A stretch of DNA of 63,693 nucleotides, the filler included, from Octopus bimaculoides (Eukaryota): assembly GCF_001194135.2 (NCBI RefSeq). It is 9 parts of 9 records of this genome, joined end to end, with 100 filler letters (N's around TTAATTAATTAA, not from the genome) between each part and the next. Parts side by side here need not be neighbours in the genome. Positions count along the whole stretch, not along the records: positions 48,170 to 54,778 come from NC_068991.1; positions 54,879 to 57,740 come from NC_069003.1; positions 57,841 to 58,992 come from NW_026310002.1; positions 59,093 to 62,372 come from NC_068989.1; positions 62,473 to 63,693 come from NW_026408555.1; 4 more parts are not named here. One strand, 5' to 3'. The translations under genes and the position numbers were made by a program. This document shows, piece after piece, positions 51,839 through 63,693 of this stretch (position 1 is the first letter of the stretch; every line of letters starts with the position of its first letter). The notes beneath the pieces are model-generated. The model searched no databases. It was not told where the DNA came from and worked only from the letters and a program-made list of their open reading frames with translations.

Positions 51839-51845
<7 letters not shown>
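51485..51845 (+). mobile_element. Remnant of a DNA-transposon accessory gene (SAP-like domain + following region)
   Basis: MNIKQLELKNYLRLHGQYVTRKKVDLVERLKE (51485-51589) fits the SAP pattern. The next frame gives DLHKLPNFTDNDVYNYLV..HVHNIEYHGV..SHIC, which resembles the N-terminus of ISL2EU/Kolobok-type second ORFs (recalled). Truncated by (TG)n and a gap. Confidence 0.45.
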
Positions 51846-51880
<35 letters not shown>

Positions 51881-52346
51881 NNNNNNNNNNNNNNNNNNNN
51901 NNNNNNNNNNNNNNNNNNNNNNNNNNNNNNNNNNNNNNNNNNNNNNNNNNNNNNNNNNNNNNNNNNNNNNNNNNNNNNNNNNNNNNNNNNNNNNNNNNNN
52001 NNNNNNNNNNNNNNNNNNNNNCTATGTCTGTGTCTGTGTTTGTCCCCCACCATCGCTTGACAACCGATGCTGGTGTGTTTACGTTCCGTAACTTAGAGGT
52101 TCGGCAAAAGAGAATAAGTCCTGAAGTTGATTTGTTCGACTACAGCGGTGCTCCAGCATGGCCGCAGTCAAATGACTGAAACAAATAAAAGAGTAAAAGT
52201 GTAAAAGAGCATATGCACACAAACACACGTATATTTATGAGTGTACTTAATGTGCATGTATGTATGTACGCACGTATGTATGTATGCATGTATGTATGTA
52301 TGTACGTACGTACGTACATTTGTATGTATGTATGTATGTATGTATG

Positions 52347-52727
52347 GGTGATCTTACGGTACGTGTCCTAAATATCGGCCTTTTCCGTAAAAAGTGTCTT
52401 CGGCCTTCTTTACCAGAGATCGGCCTTTTCCGTAACACCCACACGATCTTCACTACGGTGTTAGGGTTAGGGTTAGTGTTTAGGGTTAGGATTACGGTTA
52501 CAGTTAGGGACGGAATTCCGTAACCGAAACCCCAAAACACAAACCCTAACCCTAACCCTAAACCCTTCAAAATAAATCGCACTCTCTGTATGTCTTTCGC
52601 TTTTATGATGTCGCTTCCCTGTTTCTCTCCAACAGTTTTAACAGAAAAGGCCGATGTTTGGTAAAGATCGCCGAAGACACTTTTTACGGAAAAGGCCGAT
52701 ATTTAGGACTCGTACCGTAAGATCGCC
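52347..52727. mobile_element. Fold-back MITE with 87-bp TIRs and inverted TTAGGG-like arrays
   Basis: 52347-52433 versus 52641-52727 show 7 mismatches in 87 bp. G-rich TTAGGG-like run 52459-52509, ACGGAATTCCGT palindrome 52510-52521, CCCTAA-like run 52522-52565. Inserted in (TATG)n. Confidence 0.88.
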
Positions 52728-52988
52728 TATGTATGCATGTATGTACGTATGTATGTATGTATGTATGTGTGTATGTATGTACGGACTTGTTGCGTGTGCG
52801 TGTGTTTCTCTATATTTACCAACATGTACAAGAATCTAAATTTTAAACTGTAACAGAAGTTTTTCAGAGAGAATTTAGCACAACATATGGTTAGATTGCA
52901 CATTCGTACCTATGTGTGCGCGGTGGTTGCTTAGCATTTTATTTGTATGCGTGTGCTTTGTTTATGTGTGCGTATTTGTACACCCTCA

Positions 52989-53038
<50 letters not shown>

Positions 53039-53354
53039 AACACTCACACACACACATATGTATGCATATATATTTATGTGTGTGTGTGTGTGTGTGTGTG
53101 CATGTGTCTGCGTTTATAAATATATTCCCACAGGGCCACACTGACGCGCACACAAGTACACTTACACACACGCGTATATATTAGTTTGTGTGTGCGTGTG
53201 TCTGTATGTGTGTGTGTGTGTGTGTGCGTGTGTGTATAGGTATGCATGTACGTATTCAAGCATGTACGTATGGAAAAAAAAATCCATCTATATATATTAC
53301 AGCATACACCGCCCACACATGTATATGTATATACATATATACATACATATATAC

Positions 53355-53385
<31 letters not shown>

Positions 53386-56216
53386 NNNNNNNNNNNNNNN
53401 NNNNNNNNNNNNNNNNNNNNNNNNNNNNNNNNNNNNNNNNNNNNNNNNNNNNNNNNNNNNNNNNNNNNNNNNNNNNNNNNNNNNNNNNNNNNNNNNNNNN
53501 NNNNNNNNNNNNNNNNNNNNNNNNNNNNNNNNNNNNNNNNNNNNNNNNNNNNNNNNNNNNNNNNNNNNNNNNNNNNNNNNNNNNNNNNNNNNNNNNNNNN
53601 NNNNNNNNNNNNNNNNNNNNNNNNNNNNNNNNNNNNNNNNNNNNNNNNNNNNNNNNNNNNNNNNNNNNNNNNNNNNNNNNNNNNNNNNNNNNNNNNNNNN
53701 NNNNNNNNNNNNNNNNNNNNNNNNNNNNNNNNNNNNNNNNNNNNNNNNNNNNNNNNNNNNNNNNNNNNNNNNNNNNNNNNNNNNNNNNNNNNNNNNNNNN
53801 NNNNNNNNNNNNNNNNNNNNNNNNNNNNNNNNNNNNNNNNNNNNNNNNNNNNNNNNNNNNNNNNNNNNNNNNNNNNNNNNNNNNNNNNNNNNNNNNNNNN
53901 NNNNNNNNNNNNNNNNNNNNNNNNNNNNNNNNNNNNNNNNNNNNNNNNNNNNNNNNNNNNNNNNNNNNNNNNNNNNNNNNNNNNNNNNNNNNNNNNNNNN
54001 NNNNNNNNNNNNNNNNNNNNNNNNNNNNNNNNNNNNNNNNNNNNNNNNNNNNNNNNNNNNNNNNNNNNNNNNNNNNNNNNNNNNNNNNNNNNNNNNNNNN
54101 NNNNNNNNNNNNNNNNNNNNNNNNNNNNNNNNNNNNNNNNNNNNNNNNNNNNNNNNNNNNNNNNNNNNNNNNNNNNACAACAAACAAGTAAGCCACATAG
54201 AAACATCTCCTTCATCAGCTGCCACCATTAAAACACCGGCGTTTCGAAGAAATAAGGCAGTACGCATCGTTGAAATGGTTCTTCCCACGAACACAAATTA
54301 AATTATTTTCGTGGAGGGTAGTGGCGGACGGAAAACAAGACAGGAAAACAGACGGTGAATAAACAAACAAGCAAAAAGGCTGTACAGCCAGACGTGAAGT
54401 GTGTATGTATTGAACTCTGTGAAGCACGACCAGGAGGGGCAAAGAAGTACGTGCGAGCTTGGAGAATCCAAGAACGAAACGAAATAGCAGCCGGACACAC
54501 GTGACCATGGCTGTTTAAACAGAAAGAGTAGCAGAGGGAAAAGAAGGGGAGGAAGTAGAATAAAAGTGAGCAACGAGAGGTAGAGAGAGAGATATATAAT
54601 AATATATATAAACGATAAACGTCGCCCTTTCAAAGCCTAGCCAGGCTCATGGGCCCGGTTTCCCGGTTTCTATGGTGTATGTGTTCCCCCCAGCTGGAAA
54701 TATATATATATGTATGCATATATACATACGCAAATGTACATACATCTGTACGTATATATAATAATATAAATAGTATATNNNNNNNNNNNNNNNNNNNNNN
54801 NNNNNNNNNNNNNNNNNNNNNNTTAATTAATTAANNNNNNNNNNNNNNNNNNNNNNNNNNNNNNNNNNNNNNNNNNNNGTTTGCGCTTTTCCTTTCGTCT
54901 CTTTACTTTCCGGGTTCTAATTTCACTGACAGGAATTTCGTCTTTCATCTTTTCAGATTTGATAAAGTACCACTTTTCTCTCCTTCACTGTTTTTGGTTT
55001 TGTATTTTTGATCCAACAAATCTTAAAACACCTTTTGTTTTGATATATATTAAAAAAAAAATAATTATTCTATATAGATTATTAGACTCTAATCATTAGA
55101 GGGAAATTTTATTTTTCTTGGTTATGTAATTGCTGTAATCATAATTTGTAACAAAACCACGAGGCCAGAAAGTGGAACAGTCTGGGGAAGTGGTACAGTC
55201 TGGTGTAGTGATCCGAGAATAGGACCTACTTAATTTAATCGACCCAGAAGGATGAAAAGTAAAGCTTACTACAACGAGACTTGAACTCAAAGCAAAAAGT
55301 GTCGTGTATATATAATGTAAAGCGTTTTGTTCGTCGCTCTAACAATTCTGCCAGTCCGGCTCAATAATGATTTCAGAAATAGGCGCAAGGACAGATTAAT
55401 AATATTAAAAGAAATGACACTAATTCTCAATTTCCTAGATTGTCTGATTAACTTATCCATTAATTTGACTCGGAGGATATTTGTCCTAAATTTACACGAA
55501 AAAAAAAAAAAAAATTCNNNNNNNNNNNNNNNNNNNNNNNNNNNNNNNNNNNNNNNNNNNNNNNNNNNNNNNNNNNNNNNNNNNNNNNNNNNNNNNNNNN
55601 NNNNNNNNNNNNNNNNNNNNNNNNNNNGTATGATAAAGGAAAAAAAGAAAGAACAGGAATTCAACACAAAAATTCGGTGAAATAAAAAGAAAATAAATGT
55701 ATCTCATTAAATATAAAGAAATCTTGTACATCTCTACTGATAAATATATTTAGATATGTGTGGAGAGTCTGCAGAACAATGTAAGTAAGGATTGGTTAGT
55801 TTTATATTTAATGCAGAAAACAGCAAAAGACTAACTAAAATGCATACGTGATGAAACTGACAGATGATAACCAGTCAGACAGACAACAGGATGGATGGAT
55901 AGATAGAGAGATAGACAGAGAGACAAACAGAATAGTAGATAGATGTGTAGGAAAGAAGATGGGTATAAAGACGTACATACACACAAATAGATAGATAGAT
56001 AGATAGATACATACATACGTACGTACGTACATACATACATACATATATACACATGATGAATTAGCCCAGACCTCGGTGTCAGATTGCATTGTGGTACGCG
56101 TCCCATTTCTCTGCACTCTGAGTTCGAATACCACCAGTTTCGTATGTCGTCATTTCGGGGTCGATAAATAAAGTAAAGGCTTCCTGCAGGTGACGATTCT
56201 TCCTCTGTGTGTTTGT

Positions 56217-56253
<37 letters not shown>

Positions 56254-58887
56254 TCTGTCTGTCACTTCTTTTCTTAGACCTGTCTCTTCTATTTTCAAAT
56301 CTTGAGGGAACAGAGCTAAGAATGACAAAGAAATGTCGAATGTCACGACAACACCCTTACGAAGTCCCAAGACTAGGTAAATCAGTGAAGTATTTAGGGG
56401 ATTGATTGGTAGACAAAGAAGTAAATGGATTGATAGGTTGGTTTATAGATAGATGTACACGTCGTCAAAATCATTGTTTCAAAGCAAGGATTTTTTTTAG
56501 TGGGGAGTAACCCGAGTGCGTCATTGAACCCCGATCGAGGTGATGTATCGATTACATCGAACCCCAGTCGTCAACCAAAAATGATAAAAGGCAAAGTTAA
56601 CTGCGGCGGAATTTGAACTCAGAACGTAGCGACGAGCGAAGTATCACTAAGCACGCCAACGATTCTGCCAGCTCACCGCTTTTGTTAGTAAACATGGAAA
56701 CCAAAACAGGCGAAATAATGTTGGCAATAACGCGAAAAAGATAATTAAGAATATGTACTCACTGGGAGAGAGAGAGAGAGCGAGAGAGAGAGATTAGCGT
56801 TGACAAACGTAATGGCGTGTGCGTTAAAACTCTAATTAGGAATAAAGATTTGCTTAGACATGAGGTAAATTGATAGGCATTTAGGTTGGTGTCAAAATAT
56901 TTAATGCGGAGAACGTTTAAAAGCAAATTTGAAATAAATATGCGGTGAGAGAGAAAGACTGATGTGTTTTTTGTGTGTAAGTTTGTGTGTGAGATATTTC
57001 GTGGAGAAGAACTAAATAGATAATTTGTTTGGCGAATATGGAGAGGAGGAAAGCAAATAACTTAAGTAATTGAGTGAAATCTGTTATCGTTACCTGTAAA
57101 CAGTTTGGAAACATTTCTGCGTTATAATACCTACATCATAAAAGTACAGGGATAGTCACTGACTAAGTACAACGATAGTCACTGAATAAGAGTACAAGAC
57201 TTTTACTCCGGTGAGTATAGAAGAAATAGAAAAAAGTCCTCCGTATAAATTTGTTCCAGTGCAAGCAAAAAAATTAGTTAAGGAAAAGCTATTATATAAA
57301 AAGAAAAGCAAATAGAAATCTTGAAAATATTGATTTCAAATTTTTGGCTCAAGGCCAGCAATTTCGGAGGAGGTTGGCAGAAGTCGAACCCAGTGCTCAA
57401 CTGGTTCTTATTTTATCGACCCCGAAACGACAAAAGGCAAAGCCGATCCCAAAGACGGGCGAAATGCCGCTAGTATTTTACCTGATGTGCTAATGGTACA
57501 AAAAAAAANNNNNNNNNNCAGACAGACAACAGGATGGATGGATAGATAGAGAGATAGACAGAGAGACAGACAGAATAGTAGATAGATAAATAGATAGAAA
57601 GATAGACAAACAGAATAGTAGATAGATGTGTAGGAAAGAAGATGGGTATAAAGACGTACATACACACAAATAGATAGATAGATAGATAGATACATACATA
57701 CGTACGTACGTACATACATACATACATATATACACATGATNNNNNNNNNNNNNNNNNNNNNNNNNNNNNNNNNNNNNNNNNNNNTTAATTAATTAANNNN
57801 NNNNNNNNNNNNNNNNNNNNNNNNNNNNNNNNNNNNNNNNATACACACATATATATATTCTCGAAACCAATTACCGATCTTTCAAAACATATAATATTTA
57901 TATAAGTGTTATGTTATAAGTTGTTACATGGACACCATTTCCTCACTCGTTACAAGTGAAATACTTTGTTGGAACCAAGCTTGTCCCTGATTGTAGTAGA
58001 CTGACTATGAATAAACGTACAAAATCATAGAAAGGCCAAGAAGAAGAAGAAAAGACGAAGGACAGTCGAATAAGTATCCAATAGCGGGAAGGGAGGCAAT
58101 TAAAGATAACTTAGACTTTAATAAATTTATAAATTAACCGACAATAATCTTTAAAAATAAAGACAAACAAAAAGAAAAGTAAATTGAACTATAGTGTCAA
58201 ACACACATGCTTAAACAAGCTAGAATAATGCGATTCGTTCCACTGGTCTGGTGCTCCATTTATAGAAAGAGATCTCGAAATACCTTGGATACTGGATATG
58301 CTAACACATGCTGAGGTTGCGTCGCGTGGAAATTTACCATCGTCTACTGATCTCGGTAAAGTAATTGTATTATTAAACCAGAAGTCGGACGATCTAGAAT
58401 TAACTTAAAAAAATATTTTTACTAAATTTCTTTTAGTCATTTCCTCGCTTTCTGTCTTGTGCTAACGGGGTGTAATTTGAAGTGTTTTTTTAGAGTCATT
58501 TGAGATCTATCTCTAGCATGTAGGGGCTGTTTCTGAATGAGTGGCTGTGTGGTAAGTAGTTTGTTTACCAATCATATGGTTCCGGGTTCAGTCACACTGC
58601 GTGGCACCTTGGGCAAGTGTATTCTGCTATAGCCGCAGGCCGACCAAAGCCCTGTGAGTGGATTTGGTAGACGGAAACTAAAAGAAGCCCGCCGTATATA
58701 TGTATGTGTGCGCGCGTATGCGCTCGCGCGAGCACGCGTGTGTGTTTTTATGTGTTTGTCCCCGCACCATCGCTTGACAACCGATGTTGGTACGTTTACG
58801 TCCATATAACTTAGCGGTTCAGCGAAAGAGGACTGATAGTGTAAGTACTAGGCTTACAAAGAATAAGTCCGGAATCGATTTGTTCGA

Positions 58888-58929
<42 letters not shown>

Positions 58930-59092
58930 AACTATCTGTGCGTATATATATATATATAGATAGAATAGAGACAGCTGATGAAGGGATATTCCNNNNNNNN
59001 NNNNNNNNNNNNNNNNNNNNNNNNNNNNNNNNNNNNTTAATTAATTAANNNNNNNNNNNNNNNNNNNNNNNNNNNNNNNNNNNNNNNNNNNN

Positions 59093-59322
59093 GCACATAA
59101 AAGACACCATTTCGAGCGTGGCCGTTTTCGTGCGGGTGACACGTAAAAGCACCCACTACACTCTCTGAGTGGTTGGCGTTAGGAAGGGCATCCAGCTGTA
59201 GAAACTCTGCCAAATCGGACTGGAGCCTGGTGTTGCCATCCGGTTTCACCAGTCCTCAGTCAAATCGTCCAACCCATGCTAGCATGGAAAGCGGACGTTA
59301 AACGATGATGATGATGATGATG
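59093..59322 (+). mobile_element. SINE/LINE-tail repeat (family C) ending in (GAT)n
   Basis: Contains AGGAAGGGCATCCAGCTGTAGAAAC..CCATGCTAGCATGGAAAGCGGACGTTAAACGATGATG. An identical 3' end lies at 7454-7539. Reverse copies at about 9060-9190, 17905-18125, 25424-25622, 36955-37200 and 61900-62130. Confidence 0.8.
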
Positions 59323-60379
59323 AATAATTGTCTCAAATTTTGGCACAAGGTCAGCAATTTTTTAGGGGGAAGCGGGGTGATTCATTACATTTGTCCTTGT
59401 ACTTGATTGGTACTGTATTTTAGCGACCACCAGAGGGATACAAAGCAAAGTTGACCCCTGCAGAATTTGAATGTAATGAGTCAGAAGAAATACCACTAGG
59501 TATTTTATTTAATGCTTTACTCTTTACATTTAGATATTTTCACATCTACATCTCTGCAGTTTAGTGTGACAACTTCATCAACAGACACAATTGGTCCATC
59601 TCTTCTTCTACTATAGCTTGGTTACACCATCCACTACATATGTACAATCACTGTGCATTCACTAGCTATTTGAAGTGAATAGTGAAAATCATAGCAAAAT
59701 TGGGAAAAGATTCAAAACAAATGCTTGACTGATCAAGAGAAGGCAACAAGAAAAAAAAAACTTGGTCTTTATGAGGTTATTGTCTTCAAGGGGGCAGTTG
59801 GATTCTAAGTAGATCTGATACTGCGTGGTCAGTGAGGTATTACTGTATCTGTTTAATCCTATGGGGTTTATTATCATTTATGTTGTTATGGCAAGTTATT
59901 TGACAATATTCACTCCAACACTATGGATTTTATAGAATTTTTGTAAGGATAAAGATTATTTGGATAGAAAGTTAGAATGGTTGATGTGACTGTTTGCAAG
60001 TCATATTAACGTTTGCTAACAAAAACTAAAGATAATGCAGTAGATGGCTACTTTTATTAGTCATCATCAACAATCAACTGTTGAATGTTGTAGGTGTTAG
60101 AGATAAGGAGTTTTTTAATATGATCAAAAAGGTTTGCCTTCTTGAGGATTCCAAAAGGGTTTCTACCAAAAACGGATTGACTAGTATAATTAGACATTGG
60201 TGGAGATAAGAGCTAATTCTGTACACTTTGGATAGGGGTAGATTTAAATTTTAAAAATATAGCAATTGAGTAAGCTGGGGTGGTATAAGGGTGGACTGTA
60301 AATGTGATTGTAAAAACACCAGCATTGGGAGTTTAAAAAAAGTGTACTTATTTGGGTAGCAATATAAAGGATAACTTAC

Positions 60380-60477
60380 CAATACAGAACTAGATTCATT
60401 AGTTTCCATATCAACATCACAAACAAATTCATCAGATGACATTGATTCTTCACTACCTACTTCTTCATAATCATCAT
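60380..60477 (-). CDS. HEATR3: HEATR3-like acidic-loop exon (DDDYEEVGSEESMSSDEFVCDVDMETNESSSVL)
   Basis: TTTTTGCCATTCCAG acceptor and GTAAGT donor. The phase-1 start joins the 61576-61669 exon in frame (SE-DDDYEE), matching the acidic stretch that follows this helix in HEATR3. Confidence 0.65.
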
Positions 60478-61575
60478 CTGGAATGGCAAAAATCATTAAA
60501 CATTTTTCTTAACAGCTTATTGTGAAGCGTGAAAACTAAGGTTTATATATGTACTGAGTAGACAGAAAGAATGATCAATACACACACACTGTAGAACGAA
60601 CAACATGAAAGTCTGTCAACCAATATAATGTTAAATTCTTCTTAGTCTCTAACACTGTTTTTGATTAATATAAAGTATAATGTATCTCCTGTACTGTGGA
60701 GAGAGAAAAGATCAATTGACCTTTAACCCTTTAACATTTAAACAGGCCATATCTGGCCAAAAGTATTCTGCCTGTTTTATGTTCAAACTGGCCAGATCTG
60801 GTCCCTCACACCAACCCTACAATATCATTTCAAAAATTAACAGCTACCTCATCAAAATCTCATAGCTACAAGATAATGCATGATTAGTTCAAAACAATGT
60901 GGATAAAAAAGCATTAATTTTGGCAGAATAATGCGAACACTAAAGGATTAAATCAAGCATACAGTCATTTTCACAGTGGAAGTTTTACAATATGTTTATT
61001 GTAACTCTGCTTAGAATCCCTGTGCTCTTGCTCCTATTCTACTTCGGTTATAGGGACTCCTTTAGGCCCTTAGTCTTGCAAGTTGCATGAAAAGTACCCA
61101 GTATATTCTGTATGTGTGTACTTATATAATGTTTGAAAATCAGGTAAAACTCAGTCATTCAGCAAACAGATTGGTAAAATAAAGTTCAAACTGAAATATT
61201 TACTAGGGTTGGTGCGATCAACTAAACATTTGAAGCTGGTACCTTTGCATGGTCGCAGACATAACGCAAACCTGCTTGCTCAGTTACCTTGTCTAGCAAA
61301 TACATTTATCAAACTTACTCACTCAAAAATCAAATGGTTAGTAGCAGAAAAGATCCAATTTTAAAATTAAATGATCTTACAATCTTCAATTTTTGATAAA
61401 GTCATGTTTTCAAGTAGAAATATAGATTTTAAAAAGAAATTGATTTGTTTTCAACATCTACTTTTAAATCTGTTTTGTTCAAGATTTGTTCTTTTGTTCA
61501 ACCAAACATATTTTAACAGAGAAAAAAACATCACAATGTAAGTGCATGGATGGTAAGAAACCCCCCAAAACTTAC

Positions 61576-61669
61576 CTTCAGAACATAAATTGGCAGCTAT
61601 TTCCACAGCTAACTGTTGTGCCTTGAGGAAAGTTTCAGCATTTGCTATAATCTTATTGATCTCTGTGGT
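61576..61669 (-). CDS. HEATR3: HEAT repeat-containing protein 3-like exon (TTEINKIIANAETFLKAQQLAVEIAANLCSE)
   Basis: TTTCATAG acceptor and GTAAGT donor. 94 nt, ends in phase 1. AQQLAVEIAANLCSE resembles the HEATR3/Syo1 'AQQTALEIIVNMCCNE' segment as I recall it. Confidence 0.68.
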
Positions 61670-62322
61670 CTATGAAACAATATTATAACAATTAAAAGAA
61701 ATTACACAAGTAGACAAAAAAACTAATAGGTGTTGTATTGATATATTGATACTCTCTCTCTTTACTCTTTTACTTGTTTCAGTCATTTGACTGCGGNNNN
61801 NNNNNNATGTGGTTGGTAAGCAAGCTACTTACCACACAGCCACTCCTGCACTTTTTATACATATAAAATTAAAGTAAAAAATTACTGCCTTAAGCAACAT
61901 CATCATCATTCTTTAATGTTTACTTTTTCAAGCTTGAATGGATCAGACAGAATTTTGTTGATGCAGATTTTCTACAGCCAGCTGCCCTTCCTGTTGTCAA
62001 GCCTCACTTGTTTCTAGGTGAGGTAATATTTCCCCATGGTTAGACATGCTTTTCACAAAATATTTGAAACAAACAGCATGGCTTATATGATAATAATGCT
62101 TGTTTGTAACCACTATGTGATGTCAAGACAAGGGTACACACATGAACACATATATATTAAGGTAGAGCGAAAAATGCAACAGACTGTTGTGTCGCTAAAT
62201 TTTTACTGAGAACATATTTTTCATGGTTAGATGATTCGGCATCTATTTCTAGCATATAGGAGTCCACTTTTGCTGGTCATTCCTCTTATTTTTGTATGTT
62301 ATATATATATATATATATATAC

Positions 62323-62358
<36 letters not shown>

Positions 62359-62879
62359 GTATATATATATATNNNNNNNNNNNNNNNNNNNNNNNNNNNN
62401 NNNNNNNNNNNNNNNNTTAATTAATTAANNNNNNNNNNNNNNNNNNNNNNNNNNNNNNNNNNNNNNNNNNNNATATATACTGTAACGAGAACTGTCTTTT
62501 TATTATTCTTCTGCACACGCACACACACTCACACACAGATAGATAGATAGATAGATAGATCATATGCATATACACATACTCAGTTTTGTTTTTATTTTCC
62601 CCATCTTTACTATTTGAAATGCCACCCACACATATCTTTTTTATTATAAATATGTCTTGTAGCTGAGAAATTTTTTTTATAAATGATGATACTTGTAAAA
62701 TATGAGTGGCCACAGAACCTAATTTCAGCCCTAAAAATAACTATATATATATGTATATATGTATATATATATTTAACTTAGATAAATCTTAGATATGTTT
62801 CGACCAAAGTTTGGTCCAGGCCATATCTAACTTAATAGCACCACTTGATAGGATTATCTAAATCCCTTTTAAGTCAAGT

Positions 62880-63640
62880 TTTGTTTATGGTCCATTCAAG
62901 TAGTGAGTTCTTATTGAGTGAGTTGTATCCAGGTATGGGTGGCTTGTCTGGTATTCCTTGAAGAAATTTGTCCAGACTCCGTTTAAAGGTGATAAGATCC
63001 TTTTCCTCTTTTATCTATTTCGGGACAATGTTAAACAGGGCAGGACCTGTTGAGGAAAAGAAAGTATGTCACAGTGTACCTGTATGTTGTGATCCTGAAT
63101 TGGGCAGGGGACGTGTGGCCCGTGGTTCCAGCCTTGGATGAACCTTGAAACTAATGTTCAGGTCGTTTGGGCAATGCTGGCGGTATATACTCCACATCGT
63201 ACAAATGATGTACCGCTCGCGGCGGCGCTGGAGAGAGTAGAGTTTCAAGGCTTTAAGGCGGTCCCAGTAATCAAGATCAGTCATGCCTTCAATTCGTTTG
63301 GTGAGTGCCCTCTGGGGTGATCCAATCCTCGAGATGTTTTGTTCTGTATGGGGAGACCACAAGGGGCAGCAGTATTCGAGGTGTGGCCGTACAAAGGAGG
63401 AGAAAAGTGGAATGATGACACCTTGTTCTCTGGACCGGAAGGTTCTTAAGATCCAGGAGCTCATCCTACGAGCTACATCGACCCTATTGTTGATGTGGGC
63501 ACTCCAACTGAGATTGTTATCAACAATTACACCCAGGTCTCTGATATTATAAGACTTGTAGGTATTTAAACAACTAGCGTTATTAGGGAGTTTTCCTTGA
63601 GCGCTATACAGCAGCGTATACGGCGAATAAACAAAACACA
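62880..63640 (-). mobile_element. CR1/L2-group LINE, 3' fragment (RT C-terminus to element end)
   Basis: RDLGVIVDNNLSWSAHI, VRPHLEYCCPLWSP, QRALTKRI, RLKALKLYSLQRRRER and the terminal FKRSLDKFLQGIPDKPPIPGY. Confidence 0.9.
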
Positions 63641-63656
63641 TATTACGCTAAAAATT

Positions 63657-63693
<37 letters not shown>

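Noticed and set aside
52459-52565. Inverted telomeric repeats as a chromosome-fusion scar
   Set aside because: Short, degenerate and enclosed by 87-bp TIRs, so they are part of a MITE.
54178-54294. - strand ORF ending MWLTCLL (signal-peptide-like) and the 97-aa ORF 54215-54508
   Set aside because: Overlaps a hammerhead-like repeat motif and runs into a gap. There is no recognisable domain.
55865-57740. Near-identical copies at 55865-56054 and 57520-57740
   Set aside because: The second copy is a tiny contig between two gaps differing mainly by an extra internal repeat unit. Most likely a misplaced allele or assembly duplicate.
60050-60215. Possible next HEATR3-like exon (LLSPP.. or VNPFLVETL..)
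   Set aside because: No frame gives both a phase-0 acceptor and a credible donor without a stop.
7398-62428. Eight copies of TTAATTAATTAA (ORF-track 'LIN' endings)
   Set aside because: Always centred in a 100-nt N block with stops in all frames. This is an assembly spacer, not a homeobox site or repeat.

Overview
AT-rich, microsatellite-dense, gap-ridden animal genomic DNA. The SINE and mariner families and the TA/CA/ATC microsatellites point to a cephalopod, most likely Octopus (inference). I can support three host-gene pieces. (1) A + strand short-chain dehydrogenase/reductase (SDR, YdfG/NADP-dependent 3-hydroxy-acid-dehydrogenase-like) with four visible phase-0 exons (8100-12180) including the YSGSK catalytic motif. 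Its N-terminal Rossmann exon is not visible. (2) A diverged tandem duplicate of that gene (25769-27502) that shows the Rossmann exon but has a 1-nt frameshift and no visible catalytic exons. (3) Two - strand exons (61576-61669, 60380-60477) resembling HEATR3/Syo1. The rest is mostly transposon debris: several SINE families, R4/Dong-type, RTE and CR1-type LINE fragments, Penelope-like fragments with hammerhead-ribozyme-like cores, a Helitron, Tc1/mariner elements, MITEs and a candidate solo LTR. Eight N-flanked TTAATTAATTAA spacers are assembly joins, so long-range order is uncertain. I see no complete novel multi-gene system. The best leads are the complementary-incomplete SDR pair with a candidate NRF1/ETS promoter, an intronic hammerhead-like motif retained in both SDR copies, a pre-miRNA-like hairpin at 930-1005, a fold-back MITE carrying inverted TTAGGG arrays, and a SAP-domain transposon accessory-gene remnant.
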